Source: Nostoc sp. PCC 7120 = FACHB-418
GTDB taxonomy: Bacteria > Cyanobacteriota > Cyanobacteriia > Cyanobacteriales > Nostocaceae
Direction of reading: 5' to 3'
Assembly: GCF_000009705.1 (NCBI RefSeq)
Contig: NC_003272.1
Location: 120,001 to 152,000, forward strand
DNA length: 32,000 bases
Of this stretch, positions 1 to 9,370 are shown piece by piece. How positions within the stretch are numbered: the stretch's first letter is position 1; each line of letters opens with the position of its first letter. The position numbers were made by a program, and so were the translations under genes. The notes under the pieces were generated by a model. That model had not been told where the DNA came from and made no database searches. It worked only from the letters and a program-made list of their open reading frames with translations.

Positions 1-186
1 TTGCCGACCGATAAACGGAAAGCTGGTCTTTCTCCCAGTATGAAGCTATTACTTAATCAAAAACTGCTAACAGTGATGGGAGGAAAGTTAGAAATCCTAC
101 CCTCTCCTGAATCCCATGCAGCAGAGCAATTAACTAGACTCGAATTGTCTATCCCCCTAACGATTCCTGAAGCTGAACTTCTGTAG
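1..186 (+). CDS. 3' end of an unidentified CDS truncated by the window edge
   Basis: The frame is open from base 1 to TAG at 184-186, so only 61 codons are visible. The tail (MGGKLEILPSPE...LELSIPL) loosely resembles the end of a histidine-kinase ATPase domain but is too short to call. It overlaps the convergent GNAT gene by 38 bp. Confidence 0.3.
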   Translation: MPTDKRKAGLSPSMKLLLNQKLLTVMGGKLEILPSPESHAAEQLTRLELSIPLTIPEAELL

Positions 187-619
187 TAGTTAAAGAGCAA
201 ATTCGGGGTTGATTGTGTAGCACCATAGTGGTGCTGTTATTAGCTTGGAAGCCGATTTTTTCGTAAAACTCCTGTCGATTGGTAGTCATTAAATATACTC
301 GCTCCACCCACCTCATGCGGGGATGGGCTAAGACAGTTTCGACTAATTTGCTTCCTAAGCCATTACCTTGGTAGTCTGGATGGATGACAACATCCCAAAT
401 CGTGGCGCGATATATGCCATCGGAGGTTGCTCTAGCAAAACCAATTAGATGCTCTGCGTCCCAAACAGAAATTACCGGCTCACTATTGGCAATAGCTATA
501 CCTAAATCCTCAATACTGCGTCCTTTCGCCCAAAAAGCAGAAATATTAAATAGCTGTTGGAGTTGATAAAGGTCTACTTCAGACTGGCGATTACGAAACT
601 GGATCTGAGGATAGCTCAT
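149..619 (-). CDS. GNAT-family N-acetyltransferase
   Basis: 156 aa. It carries the acetyl-CoA binding motif-A-like segment VVIHPDYQGNGLGSKLVE, followed by YEKIGF, which is typical of GNAT folds. Confidence 0.8.
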   Translation of the reverse strand: MSYPQIQFRNRQSEVDLYQLQQLFNISAFWAKGRSIEDLGIAIANSEPVISVWDAEHLIGFARATSDGIYRATIWDVVIHPDYQGNGLGSKLVETVLAHPRMRWVERVYLMTTNRQEFYEKIGFQANNSTTMVLHNQPRICSLTTTEVQLQESLGG

Positions 620-724
620 GTATAGTTGCTCCGATAGGGCAGTATTTTTACTGTCTTTTAGTCCTATTTTGCAAGAAATTATCGTAAATGTGTATGTATA
701 TGCAACTATTTTCCAGTTGAGTTT

Positions 725-1138
725 TTAATGGAAAATCCACTTCCATAGAGGGTGTGTTGGCCCCTGCTGACGGATATGAAACACTTGCTTTTCGAGGCGC
801 TGCTTTTCCTCTTGTGGTAGACCCAGCAAAATATTCCGACTCTGCCAAACTAAAATAGCAGCCGTCATCCCTATACACAAACCTAAACCCAAGGTAGACA
901 GTGGATGGTAAAAGAGTCCATAACGCACTGCTACCCAAGTAAAATATTGTTGCCACAAAGCAATTTCTGCCCGTAAATTCCATAGAGAAACAGGTGCAAC
1001 TGTTAGCCATAAACAGCCAACAAAACACCACCTACCATACACGGTTAACTGGTGTAGTCTCTGCACTTGTTCAACTAAAGATGACTCATTATCTTCTGTA
1101 TGATTGCTAGAGCTTGGGGGTTGTTCTGGTTCATCCAT
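725..1138 (-). CDS. hypothetical membrane protein (about 3 hydrophobic segments)
   Basis: 137 aa with an acidic N-terminus and then hydrophobic helices (WCFVGCLWLTVAPVSLW, GLGLCIGMTAAILVW). I preferred it over the overlapping 648..1031 frame because it has an ATG start and a coherent membrane topology. Confidence 0.5.
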   Translation of the reverse strand: MDEPEQPPSSSNHTEDNESSLVEQVQRLHQLTVYGRWCFVGCLWLTVAPVSLWNLRAEIALWQQYFTWVAVRYGLFYHPLSTLGLGLCIGMTAAILVWQSRNILLGLPQEEKQRLEKQVFHIRQQGPTHPLWKWIFH

Positions 1139-1146
1139 AGGCTACG

Positions 1147-1176
1147 GGGGATTGGGTAATGGGTAATGGGTAATGG
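1147..1176. repeat. STRR-type heptamer tandem repeat (GGGTAAT x3 plus a degenerate unit)
   Basis: Reads gggggatt gggtaat gggtaat gggtaat gg. It lies immediately downstream of the secF stop codon. Confidence 0.85.
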
Positions 1177-2154
1177 CTACTGTGTATCAGCTACCTCTGT
1201 GTTTGGTACTACTGTAGATGAACTGTTACGCTCACGCCACAGTGTCAGTAGGGTGCTGGCGATGAAGATACTGGAATAAGCTCCTGCTAAGAAGCCAAAA
1301 ATTAAAGCTAGAGCAAAGTTTTTCAGGGTTTCGCCACCAAATAAATAGATTGCGAACAATGGCAACATGGTAGTCAAGGTTGTATTAATTGACCTTCCCA
1401 GGGTTTGGTTCACTGCATCATCGACAATATCAGCGATGGGGCGATTGGGGTCTAGTTTTAGGGTTTCTCGGATGCGATCGTATATCACTACTGTATCGTT
1501 GACAGAGAAACCTGTAATTGTCAGTAGAGCTACGATAAATAAGCTATCGACTTCAGTACCGAAAACTAAACCGAAAATTGAGAATATGCCTGCTGTGATT
1601 AAGACATCATGAAATAGAGCAATGATGGCAAATAAGGCATAGTCTAATTGGAAGCGGAAGTTTAAGTAAATGATGATGCCTACGAAGGATACAATCAGAG
1701 CGATCATCCCTGAGGTAAACAATTCTCTGCCTAAGGTAGGCCCGACTGTATCAAACTGATTTTTCTGTTCGTCAAAAGACCCAATTTTTTCGCTTAAGGC
1801 ATTTTGTAAATTAGTCCGTTGCTCACGCTCTAAGGTTTTGGTACGGATTGAGATGCCGTTTTCTGCTCCTGTTTCTCTATCGGTGATAATTTGAATACTG
1901 CTGTCACCTAGACCTTGGGCTTTGGCTACTTCCCGCACAACGTTAATATCAATTGGTTGGTCGCAGTTTCCAGGTTTGGTGCAGTCGCGTTCAAACTGTA
2001 ATCTTGTACCACCGATAAAGTCCAAACTAGGGCGTAAGGGAGCGCGAATATCGGGGTTTTGCCAAGAGATGACCATTGAGATCAGACCAATCAGGATGAA
2101 GACACTGGAAATAATCCACCAAAGCGATCGCGATTTATTTATACTTAGTTTCAT
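1177..2154 (-). CDS. secF: protein translocase subunit SecF
   Basis: 325 aa and multi-TM. Conserved SecD/F C-terminal block: [39 protein letters not shown]. Its ATG overlaps the secD stop by 4 bp (2151-2154), the usual secDF coupling. Confidence 0.92.
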   Translation of the reverse strand: MKLSINKSRSLWWIISSVFILIGLISMVISWQNPDIRAPLRPSLDFIGGTRLQFERDCTKPGNCDQPIDINVVREVAKAQGLGDSSIQIITDRETGAENGISIRTKTLEREQRTNLQNALSEKIGSFDEQKNQFDTVGPTLGRELFTSGMIALIVSFVGIIIYLNFRFQLDYALFAIIALFHDVLITAGIFSIFGLVFGTEVDSLFIVALLTITGFSVNDTVVIYDRIRETLKLDPNRPIADIVDDAVNQTLGRSINTTLTTMLPLFAIYLFGGETLKNFALALIFGFLAGAYSSIFIASTLLTLWRERNSSSTVVPNTEVADTQ

Positions 2155-3596
2155 TGAGCCACCTCAGTCTTATTCGATGCACTTGTTCCTGGTAGGTTGG
2201 GACAGAACAGTTCTGGTTTACGCAAGCTGGGAATACTGATTGCCAAAAACATCAAGGTGCGACTACAGGTAACGGCGCTAAACATACTCACGGCTACACC
2301 CAATGCCAAGGTTAAGGCAAAACCTTTGACTAAACCAGCCCCCAACCAGAATAGGGCAGCACAGGCAATCACTGTAGTAACGTTGCCATCTAAGATGCTG
2401 GAGAAGGCGCGGTAAAAGCCAGATTCTACAGAACGATATAAGGATTTACCTGCTTGTAGTTCTTCCCGTGTGCGCTCAAAAATCAGCACGTTGGCATCTA
2501 CCGCCATACCGATACTGAGAATGAAACCTGCGATTCCTGGTAGGGTTAAGGTTATACCTAACAAAGCGAAACTAGCCCAGGTCAAGATAGCGTAGATAAT
2601 TAGGGAAATATCCGCAATTAATCCCGGTAGCCTGTAGTACACAACCATAAATATGAGTACTAAAGTCAAACCACCAAGTCCAGCATAGATACTGCTGTTG
2701 ATGCTGTCTTTACCTAAGGTTGCGCCAACAGTGCGAATTTCAGCAATTTCTACTGGTACAGGTAAAGCACCACCACGTAACTGCACACCTAAATCATTGG
2801 CTTGTTGTGCTGTAAATCGACCTGTAATCACAGCCGAACCACCAGTAATGCCAGTAGAGGCAAACTCTATCCCTACATTGGGCGCGCTTATCAGTTCGTT
2901 ATCTAAAAAGATCCCAATGCTGCGTCCAGTCCCGGCAAGATTTTTTGTCAGTTCAGCAAATAGTTCGCCGCCTTTTTGGTCAAAGCGGATGGCAACATTC
3001 CAATTGCTACTACCTTGAGTTGGTTCACCATAGGCATCTTCCAAGTGTTTACCATCAAGGGGTGGATTGGTGCTTTCAAATAACTCAGCGATCGCTTGAT
3101 TATTTTTTTGTAAATCTTCTAAATTTTTATTAACTGCGGCTTTATCGTTACTTTTTTTTAATTCTGCTTGTTTTGCTTGCAGTTCTAATCTTGATGCTTG
3201 AAATGCTAGTAGTTGGGTTTCAGTACCTTGTTTTTGTTTACGGAATTCTAGTTGTGCTGTACCTCCCAGCACCCGTTCCGCTTGTTCTGGGTCATTCACC
3301 CCTGGTAACTGTACAAGGATCTTATCTGTTCCCACAGTTTGAATTACGGGTTCAGAAACACCAAGACCATTAACTCGGCCTTCGACGACACTTTTGACCC
3401 CATTCAGTTCACGTTCGGTGATTTGCTTAATTTCGGCTGTTGGTTTCACCAGAATTGTGATTTGTGAGCCTCCCCGCAAATCTAGTCCCAAGGGTATGGG
3501 AATTGTGAATATCACCGTAATGGCGGCGATTAATAAAACTACAATCAACGCTAATAGCGATCGCTGTCTCTGCATACCATATCTCGCAACTGACAA
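2151..3596 (-). CDS. secD: protein translocase subunit SecD
   Basis: 481 aa. N-terminal TM, periplasmic domain ([19 protein letters not shown]) and a C-terminal 5-TM block ([18 protein letters not shown]). The true start could instead be the internal Met at codon 8. Confidence 0.92.
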   Translation of the reverse strand: MSVARYGMQRQRSLLALIVVLLIAAITVIFTIPIPLGLDLRGGSQITILVKPTAEIKQITERELNGVKSVVEGRVNGLGVSEPVIQTVGTDKILVQLPGVNDPEQAERVLGGTAQLEFRKQKQGTETQLLAFQASRLELQAKQAELKKSNDKAAVNKNLEDLQKNNQAIAELFESTNPPLDGKHLEDAYGEPTQGSSNWNVAIRFDQKGGELFAELTKNLAGTGRSIGIFLDNELISAPNVGIEFASTGITGGSAVITGRFTAQQANDLGVQLRGGALPVPVEIAEIRTVGATLGKDSINSSIYAGLGGLTLVLIFMVVYYRLPGLIADISLIIYAILTWASFALLGITLTLPGIAGFILSIGMAVDANVLIFERTREELQAGKSLYRSVESGFYRAFSSILDGNVTTVIACAALFWLGAGLVKGFALTLALGVAVSMFSAVTCSRTLMFLAISIPSLRKPELFCPNLPGTSASNKTEVAQ

Positions 3597-3638
3597 ACGC
3601 TATAATAACGCTCTTTGAATCAGTTATGAGTTGCTTTT

Positions 3639-3740
3639 AGGGATTGGGTACTGGTGATTGGGGATCGGGTATTGGGTATTGGATATGAGGTAGCAGTTTT
3701 TTCTTCCCAGTCCCTAGTCCCTATTCCCCAGTCCCCATTC
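3639..3740. repeat. inverted pair of STRR heptamer arrays (G-rich arm 3639-3682, C-rich arm 3706-3740)
   Basis: The arms read agggatt gggtact ggtgatt ggggatc gggtatt gggtatt and cccagtc cctagtc cctattc cccagtc cccattc. They are imperfectly complementary and fill the pdhB-secD spacer. Confidence 0.85.
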
Positions 3741-3741
3741 T

Positions 3742-4725
3742 CTATACGCGCAACGCAATCATTTTCTGCACAGCTTCGACAATTTGCTCTGGTTGAACAA
3801 TTGTTAGGCGCTCCAGAGTACCGTTGTATGGTGTAGGAATATCTTGAGATGACAGCCTGAGGACTGGTGCATCTAATTCATCAAAAAAGCGATCGTTAAT
3901 GGAAGCGATTAATTCTGCTGCAATACCGCCGGTTCGCATCGCTTCTTCCACAATAATCACTTTGTGGGTTTTGCGGATTGATGCACCAATTGTTTCTAAA
4001 TCAAGTGGTTTGAGGGATATTAAATCAATTACTTCTGGGTCGTAACCTTGTTTTTCTAAAGTTTTTACCGCTTGGGTGACGTGATGACGCATCCGTGAAT
4101 AAGTCAAGATTGTTACATCTTTACCAGAACGGACGATTTCTGCCTTATCTAAAGGTAGGTAGTATTCTTTTTCCGGTAAGTCCTCTTTCAAGTTATAAAG
4201 CAGGACGTGTTCAAAGAATAGAACAGGGTTATCATCGCGGATGGCTGATTTCAGCAATCCTTTGGCGTTGTAAGGTGTAGAACAGGTGACGATTTTCAAG
4301 CCTGGAACTGCTTGGAAGTAAGTTTCCAGGCGTTGGGAGTGTTCTGCACCCAACTGTCTACCTACACCACCAGGGCCACGAATAACCAAAGGAATTTTAA
4401 AGTTACCGCCGGAGGTATAGCGTAGCATCCCCGCGTTGTTGGAGATTTGGTTAAAGGCGAGGAGGAGAAAACCCATATTCATGCCTTCAATTATCGGACG
4501 TAAGCCTGTCATAGCAGCACCTACAGCCATACCAGTAAAACTGTTTTCGGCGATGGGAGTATCTAAAATTCTGAGTTCACCGTATTTTTTATATAAATCC
4601 TTGGTGACTTTGTAAGAGCCGCCATAGTGTCCTACGTCTTCACCTAGAACGAAGACACTGGAATCACGAGCCATTTCTTCATCAATGGCTTCCCGCAGAG
4701 CGTTGAAGAATAATGTTTCTGCCAT
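3742..4725 (-). CDS. pdhB: pyruvate dehydrogenase E1 component, beta subunit
   Basis: 327 aa. Transketolase-like pyrimidine-binding and C-terminal domains are present ([42 protein letters not shown]). Length and sequence are typical of cyanobacterial or plastid E1-beta. Confidence 0.92.
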   Translation of the reverse strand: MAETLFFNALREAIDEEMARDSSVFVLGEDVGHYGGSYKVTKDLYKKYGELRILDTPIAENSFTGMAVGAAMTGLRPIIEGMNMGFLLLAFNQISNNAGMLRYTSGGNFKIPLVIRGPGGVGRQLGAEHSQRLETYFQAVPGLKIVTCSTPYNAKGLLKSAIRDDNPVLFFEHVLLYNLKEDLPEKEYYLPLDKAEIVRSGKDVTILTYSRMRHHVTQAVKTLEKQGYDPEVIDLISLKPLDLETIGASIRKTHKVIIVEEAMRTGGIAAELIASINDRFFDELDAPVLRLSSQDIPTPYNGTLERLTIVQPEQIVEAVQKMIALRV

Positions 4726-4837
4726 TTAGACTTTTTTATTACGACTATTATTTTAGAATCTTATCGTGCCATCGTAGCTAATATGGTGAGCGATCGCACT
4801 AGTTGAAAGTTCATTTATAAGTTCCGTGAGTTTATAC

Positions 4838-5464
4838 TTAGGTAGATGGATTTCCGGCTTGAAAAATCTGCTCTACAGTCAAATTCAACTCTGGGAATGT
4901 TGCAGACTGAATACGGTCATTTCCCCGAAATTTATGAATCTGATATTCACCATCATCTAAACAGCAGACTAATATAGTAGGTTGTTTCGGCTTGCCAATA
5001 AACTCCCTCCCACCTAAAGCAGCATAATCTACAATCCAATATTCAGGGATTCCCATCATTTCATAGTCAGCATATTTCTTGTGATAATCATCACGCCAGT
5101 TACTACTTACCACTTCAATTACCAACGGAATTGAGGCTGCTTGACTTACTGTGGATTCTTTTTTCCAGCGTGGTTCATTGACTAAATTGGGGTGATTGAA
5201 TATCAGTATGTCTGGAGAATAAGCTGATTCACCTTCGACTGGCTTGACAAACGCTGTCTTGGGTATGAAATAAGGTAGATTTAATTGCGTATATGCTTTA
5301 ACTATTTCTCCAACCAAAAATCCCACTATCTCTTCATGGTCACCCGTGGGTGGTGGCATTTCAATAATTACTCCGCCATGTAGTTCATAGCGTTGTCTTG
5401 GGTTATCTGGATACCAAGCCGCAAACTCATCAAATGTGATTACTTTACGTAAAGTTTGAGTCAT
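4838..5464 (-). CDS. Uma2-family (DUF820) PD-(D/E)xK putative endonuclease
   Basis: 208 aa. Family hallmarks: YELHGGVIIEMPPP, SPDILIF, VIEVVSSNWRDDYHKKYADYEMMGIPEYWIVD. Confidence 0.8.
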   Translation of the reverse strand: MTQTLRKVITFDEFAAWYPDNPRQRYELHGGVIIEMPPPTGDHEEIVGFLVGEIVKAYTQLNLPYFIPKTAFVKPVEGESAYSPDILIFNHPNLVNEPRWKKESTVSQAASIPLVIEVVSSNWRDDYHKKYADYEMMGIPEYWIVDYAALGGREFIGKPKQPTILVCCLDDGEYQIHKFRGNDRIQSATFPELNLTVEQIFQAGNPST

Positions 5465-5517
5465 GGTGCGATCGTCTGGAAATGAGGGGCTATAGCAATC
5501 CTAAATTATTCATGAGA

Positions 5518-5559
5518 AGATGCCCGACTTTTTCCATAAGTCGGGCATCTGCATTTTTT
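5518..5559 (+). terminator. orphan Rho-independent terminator-like hairpin (13-bp perfect stem, 7-nt loop, T6 tract)
   Basis: agatgcccgactt (5518-5530) pairs perfectly with aagtcgggcatct (5538-5550), then gca + tttttt (5554-5559). There is no plus-strand gene upstream of it. Confidence 0.55.
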
Positions 5560-5675
5560 GCCCAAATCCGCAATAAACACATCATCGCTAGTAAAAAAAC
5601 GATGTCTAACATTTTTTACTAATAAGTTAAGATAATCACCATCAATCTTCTTCTCTTACCCTTTTCCTTAGAATC

Positions 5676-8600
5676 ATGACCCAAGATGAGTTGTTGGTAC
5701 TAATAGAGCAAGCGGCTACTGAGGGTTGGCGAGAGTTGGACTTGTCGGGGCAAGAGTTGACTGAGTTACCAGGGGAAATTGGTAAATTGCAGCAGCTTGA
5801 GTCTTTGATTTTGGGAAAGCAGGTTGGAGGTTATGAAAAAGTAGGATACCGCATTTTCCAAAAGGCTTTAGGCAACAATTTAAAAACCCTTCCAATTGAA
5901 CTATTGAGTTTGCCTAATTTGCGGAAGTTGGATATTAGTGGCAATCCTTTAGAGGGTATTCCTGATGTGGTAATGCAAATACTACATTTAGAGGAACTAA
6001 TCTTAATTCGAGTACAGCTAACCGAGATACCAGAGGCGCTTGCTAAATTAACCAATCTCACTCAGCTTATTCTCAGTGACAACCAAATAACCGAGATACC
6101 AGAGGCGCTTGCTAAATTAACCAATCTCACTCAGCTTAACCTCAGTTACAACCAAATAACCGAGATACCAGAGGCGCTTGCTAAATTAACCAATCTCACT
6201 CAGCTTAACCTCAGTTACAACCAAATAACCGAGATACCAGAGGCGCTTGCTAAATTAACCAATCTCACTCAGCTTAACCTCCGTGGCAACCAAAGAACCG
6301 AGATACCAGAGGCGCTTGCTAAATTAACCAATCTCACTCGGCTTAACCTCAGTTACAACCAAAGAACCGAGATACCAGAGGCGCTTGCTAAATTAACCAA
6401 TCTCACTCAGCTTATTCTCAGTGACAACCAAATAAAAGAGATACCAGAGACAATCGCTAAATTAACCAATCTGACGCATCTTATTCTCAGTGGCAACCAA
6501 ATAAAAGAGATACCAGAGACAATCGCTAAATTAACCAATCTGACGCAGCTTGGACTCGATGGCAACCAAATAAAAGAGATACCAGAGGCAATCGCTAAAT
6601 TAACCAATCTGACGCAGCTTGGACTCGATGGCAACCAAATAAAAGAGATACCAGAGGCAATCACTAAATTAACCAATCTGACGCATCTTATTCTCAGTGG
6701 CAACCAAATAAAAGAGATACCAGAGACAATCGCTAAATTAACCAATCTGACGCAGCTCGCCCTCAGTTCCAACCAAATAACCGAGATACCAGAGGTGCTG
6801 GCACAATTAACCAATCTCACCCAGCTTTTCCTCAGTTCCAACCAAATAACGCAGATTCCAGAAGCGCTGGCACCATTAACCAATCTGACTACCCTTCACC
6901 TGCGTGTCAACCAAATAACCCAGATACCAGAGGCGATCGAAAGTTTGCCAAAATTGGAACTACTAGATTTACGGGGAAATCCGCTTCCTATTTCACCAGA
7001 AATTTTGGGATCTGTTTATCAAGTTGGTTCAGTTGAAGAAATTTTCAATTACTTGCGATTACTTCGTAGCGGTGAAGTACGTCCACTCAACGAAGCCAAA
7101 CTTTTGCTCGTCGGACAAGGTAGCGTCGGTAAAACATCCCTCATCGAGCGACTAATCCACAATAAATATGATAGAAATCAACCCCAAACTGACGGACTCA
7201 AGGTAGAAACTTGGAACGTGCAGGTCAATAGCAAAGACATCCGCCTTAATGTTTGGGACTTTGGCGGACAGGAAATTTATCATGCCACCCATCAGTTTTT
7301 CCTGACTAAGCGCAGCCTCTATCTTCTTGTTTGTAATTGTCGCACCAGCGAAGAAGAAAACCGCATCGAATATTGGCTGAAACTAATCGAAAGCTTCGGC
7401 GGACAGTCCCCCGTGATTATCGTTGGCAACAAAAAAGACGAACAACCCCTAGACATCAACCGCAAAGCATTACGAGAAAAATATCCTAACATCCAAGCGA
7501 TTATCGAAACCTCTTGCCAAGACAATATCGGCATTGATGAACTTCGCACCGCGATTTTGCAGCAAGTCGGCAACCTCAAAGAAGTCTACGACCTTCTACC
7601 CCTGTCATGGTTTGAGGTTAAACAACAACTCGAATCCATGTCCCAAGACTTCATTACCTACAGTAGCTATATCGGCATCTGCTACGAAAATAAAATTCCC
7701 GAAGAACACAACCAAGAACAACTCATCGACTTGCTGCATCGACTTGGCTTAGTTCTCAACTTCCGTGAGCATCCCATCCTCAGAGATACCAACGTCCTCA
7801 AACCCAATTGGGTGACAGAAGGGATTTACGCCCTTCTGAGCGATGAAAACCTCAAAACTAAAAGCAAAGGCATTTTCACCCCCGCCGATCTCACTCGTGT
7901 CCTCAATCCAGAGCGTTACCCTACCAAGCGTCACGGCTATCTGATTGAACTGATGAAAGAATTTGAGCTTGGCTTTGAATTAGCTTGTTACCCACCACAA
8001 TTCCTGATTGCGGGACTTCTCCCCAAAGACCAACCAGACGCAACAGAACTAGAAGGCGAAACCCTAGAATTTCAATACCATTACAAAGTTCTTCCCGAAA
8101 GCATAATTTCCCGCTTCATCGTCAACACCCACGAAAGAATCCATAACCAAATCTATTGGCGCAGTGGCGTAATGCTGCAATATCAACAACATAATGAAAT
8201 TTACAACATCGCTCGCATCAAAGCCGACCCCGAAGACAAAAAAATCTTCATCGCCATTAGCGGACGCAAAGAAACCCGCCGTTCATTTCTCGCCATTCTC
8301 CGCGATGTCTTCCAAAAAATCCACAAGAGTCTTGCCAACCTCGAAATCACCGAATGGGTTCCCGTCCCTGGCTATCCTAACCACCCGCCCCTCGACTACC
8401 AAGAACTTCTGGGACTTGAGACAATGGGTATTCTTGAATATCCAATCGGTAAACTCAAAATAAACATCAATATCCGTCAACTTTTGGATGGTTATGAATC
8501 ACTAGAATCACGTCGAAAATTACAAAAAGGAGATCATGATTTAGATGATAGGACTGCTTATGAAGATATCTTAGATATTGCTAAACTAGCCGTCAGTAGA

Positions 8601-9035
8601 CCAATTATTACTAAAGCTGAGGCAAAAGCTGTGTCAGAAAATCCTCAATTCACAAACAACCTTCAAGGCGCAAACATCGCCAATTTCGCCAACGAAGTCA
8701 AAGACAACGCCAGTCAGCAAGCCTCTAACTTCAACCAAACAAGCGGCGCAAACATAGCAGAAATAATGCAATTAATCAACAACCTACGCCAAACTGTAGC
8801 CCAGTTCCCCCCAGAAATCCGCGACGATATTATTATTGATATTGATGATGTAGAAGTAGAAATTCAAAAGCCAGAAAAAGAACGCAATACACCCAAACTT
8901 AAAAAGCGTCTAGCAGCTTTACTAACTGCTGCTAGTGTAGCTGCTGCCCCGATCGCAAGTGTGGTAGATTTTACAAACAATGTTATGGAACTCGGCAGCA
9001 AATTAGGCATAGAGCTAATTCAGCCTAGTCCTTGA
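5676..9035 (+). CDS. Roco-family protein: LRR array - Roc (Ras-of-complex) GTPase - COR - uncharacterised C-terminal tail
   Basis: 1119 aa.
- About 17 LRRs (aa ~20-440), 14 of them as exact 23-aa/69-bp units.
- Roc G-domain motifs: P-loop GQGSVGKTS (nt 7113-7139), switch II WDFGGQE, NKKD, ETSCQ.
- COR-like segment: LPLSWFEVKQQLE...LHRLGLVLNF...VLKPNWVTEGIYALL.
- The last ~215 aa have no domain I recognise. Confidence 0.9.
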   Translation: MTQDELLVLIEQAATEGWRELDLSGQELTELPGEIGKLQQLESLILGKQVGGYEKVGYRIFQKALGNNLKTLPIELLSLPNLRKLDISGNPLEGIPDVVMQILHLEELILIRVQLTEIPEALAKLTNLTQLILSDNQITEIPEALAKLTNLTQLNLSYNQITEIPEALAKLTNLTQLNLSYNQITEIPEALAKLTNLTQLNLRGNQRTEIPEALAKLTNLTRLNLSYNQRTEIPEALAKLTNLTQLILSDNQIKEIPETIAKLTNLTHLILSGNQIKEIPETIAKLTNLTQLGLDGNQIKEIPEAIAKLTNLTQLGLDGNQIKEIPEAITKLTNLTHLILSGNQIKEIPETIAKLTNLTQLALSSNQITEIPEVLAQLTNLTQLFLSSNQITQIPEALAPLTNLTTLHLRVNQITQIPEAIESLPKLELLDLRGNPLPISPEILGSVYQVGSVEEIFNYLRLLRSGEVRPLNEAKLLLVGQGSVGKTSLIERLIHNKYDRNQPQTDGLKVETWNVQVNSKDIRLNVWDFGGQEIYHATHQFFLTKRSLYLLVCNCRTSEEENRIEYWLKLIESFGGQSPVIIVGNKKDEQPLDINRKALREKYPNIQAIIETSCQDNIGIDELRTAILQQVGNLKEVYDLLPLSWFEVKQQLESMSQDFITYSSYIGICYENKIPEEHNQEQLIDLLHRLGLVLNFREHPILRDTNVLKPNWVTEGIYALLSDENLKTKSKGIFTPADLTRVLNPERYPTKRHGYLIELMKEFELGFELACYPPQFLIAGLLPKDQPDATELEGETLEFQYHYKVLPESIISRFIVNTHERIHNQIYWRSGVMLQYQQHNEIYNIARIKADPEDKKIFIAISGRKETRRSFLAILRDVFQKIHKSLANLEITEWVPVPGYPNHPPLDYQELLGLETMGILEYPIGKLKININIRQLLDGYESLESRRKLQKGDHDLDDRTAYEDILDIAKLAVSRPIITKAEAKAVSENPQFTNNLQGANIANFANEVKDNASQQASNFNQTSGANIAEIMQLINNLRQTVAQFPPEIRDDIIIDIDDVEVEIQKPEKERNTPKLKKRLAALLTAASVAAAPIASVVDFTNNVMELGSKLGIELIQPSP
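6021..6986 (+). repeat. 14 head-to-tail 69-bp repeats encoding the LRR units (in frame, no indels)
   Basis: Unit starts are at 6021 + 69n. Units at 6090-6158 and 6159-6227 are identical base for base. There are two subfamilies: ITEIPEALAKLTNLTQL (units 1-6) and IKEIPE[TA]IAKLTNLT[HQ]L (units 7-11). Units 12-14 are more diverged. Confidence 0.95.
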
Positions 9036-9039
9036 GAAT

Positions 9040-9330
9040 CTAACTGCAAACTGGCGAATCAGCCACCTGAACTACGGGATTATCTGGGAAACGTCTGGGT
9101 CTTCCTGGCTTGCGTTTATGACGCTGATTAATAGACTTCTCACTGGCAGATGCTAGTTCTTCCGGCGTGCATTTGAATATACGTAGAGCATCAACATATT
9201 TTTTTGGTGTCATTGTTGGTTCAGTGCGTCCAGCTTCCCAATTGCGGACACTGGTTTCACTGATTGCAAGCCTGAAGGCAACTTCTGCACGGCTAAGACC
9301 CGCACGCTCTCTCAGGACTTGCATATCCAT
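9040..9330 (-). CDS. XRE-family helix-turn-helix transcriptional regulator with a basic AT-hook-like tail
   Basis: 96 aa. HTH_3-type segment LRERAGLSRAEVAFRLAISETSVRNWEAGRTEP. C-terminal KRKPGRPRRFP resembles an AT-hook (GRP core flanked by basic residues). A GGGGAG Shine-Dalgarno-like motif lies just upstream of the ATG. Confidence 0.8.
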   Translation of the reverse strand: MDMQVLRERAGLSRAEVAFRLAISETSVRNWEAGRTEPTMTPKKYVDALRIFKCTPEELASASEKSINQRHKRKPGRPRRFPDNPVVQVADSPVCS

Positions 9331-9370
9331 ATCTCATGCTCCCCTTGAAAAAATAAGTCTTTTTCTAAAT

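Noticed and set aside
648-1031. 127-aa minus-strand ORF overlapping the 725..1138 ORF
   Set aside because: The two are mutually exclusive. The 725..1138 frame gives a more coherent membrane-protein sequence, though neither call is certain.
2197-3618. Several 60-106-aa plus-strand ORFs inside secD, with similar antisense ORFs inside psbB, cysA, rpsA and chlP
   Set aside because: All are nested antisense to strongly supported conserved genes and have no recognisable features.
6407-6883. 158-aa minus-strand ORF antisense to the LRR array
   Set aside because: Its open frame is a by-product of the repeated sense sequence. The translation is itself a periodic low-complexity string, and it is fully nested in a well-supported gene.
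6021-6986. A regular 69-bp repeat array that could look like a CRISPR array
   Set aside because: The units are contiguous with no unique spacers, lie in frame inside a long ORF, and encode canonical leucine-rich repeats. No cas genes are present.
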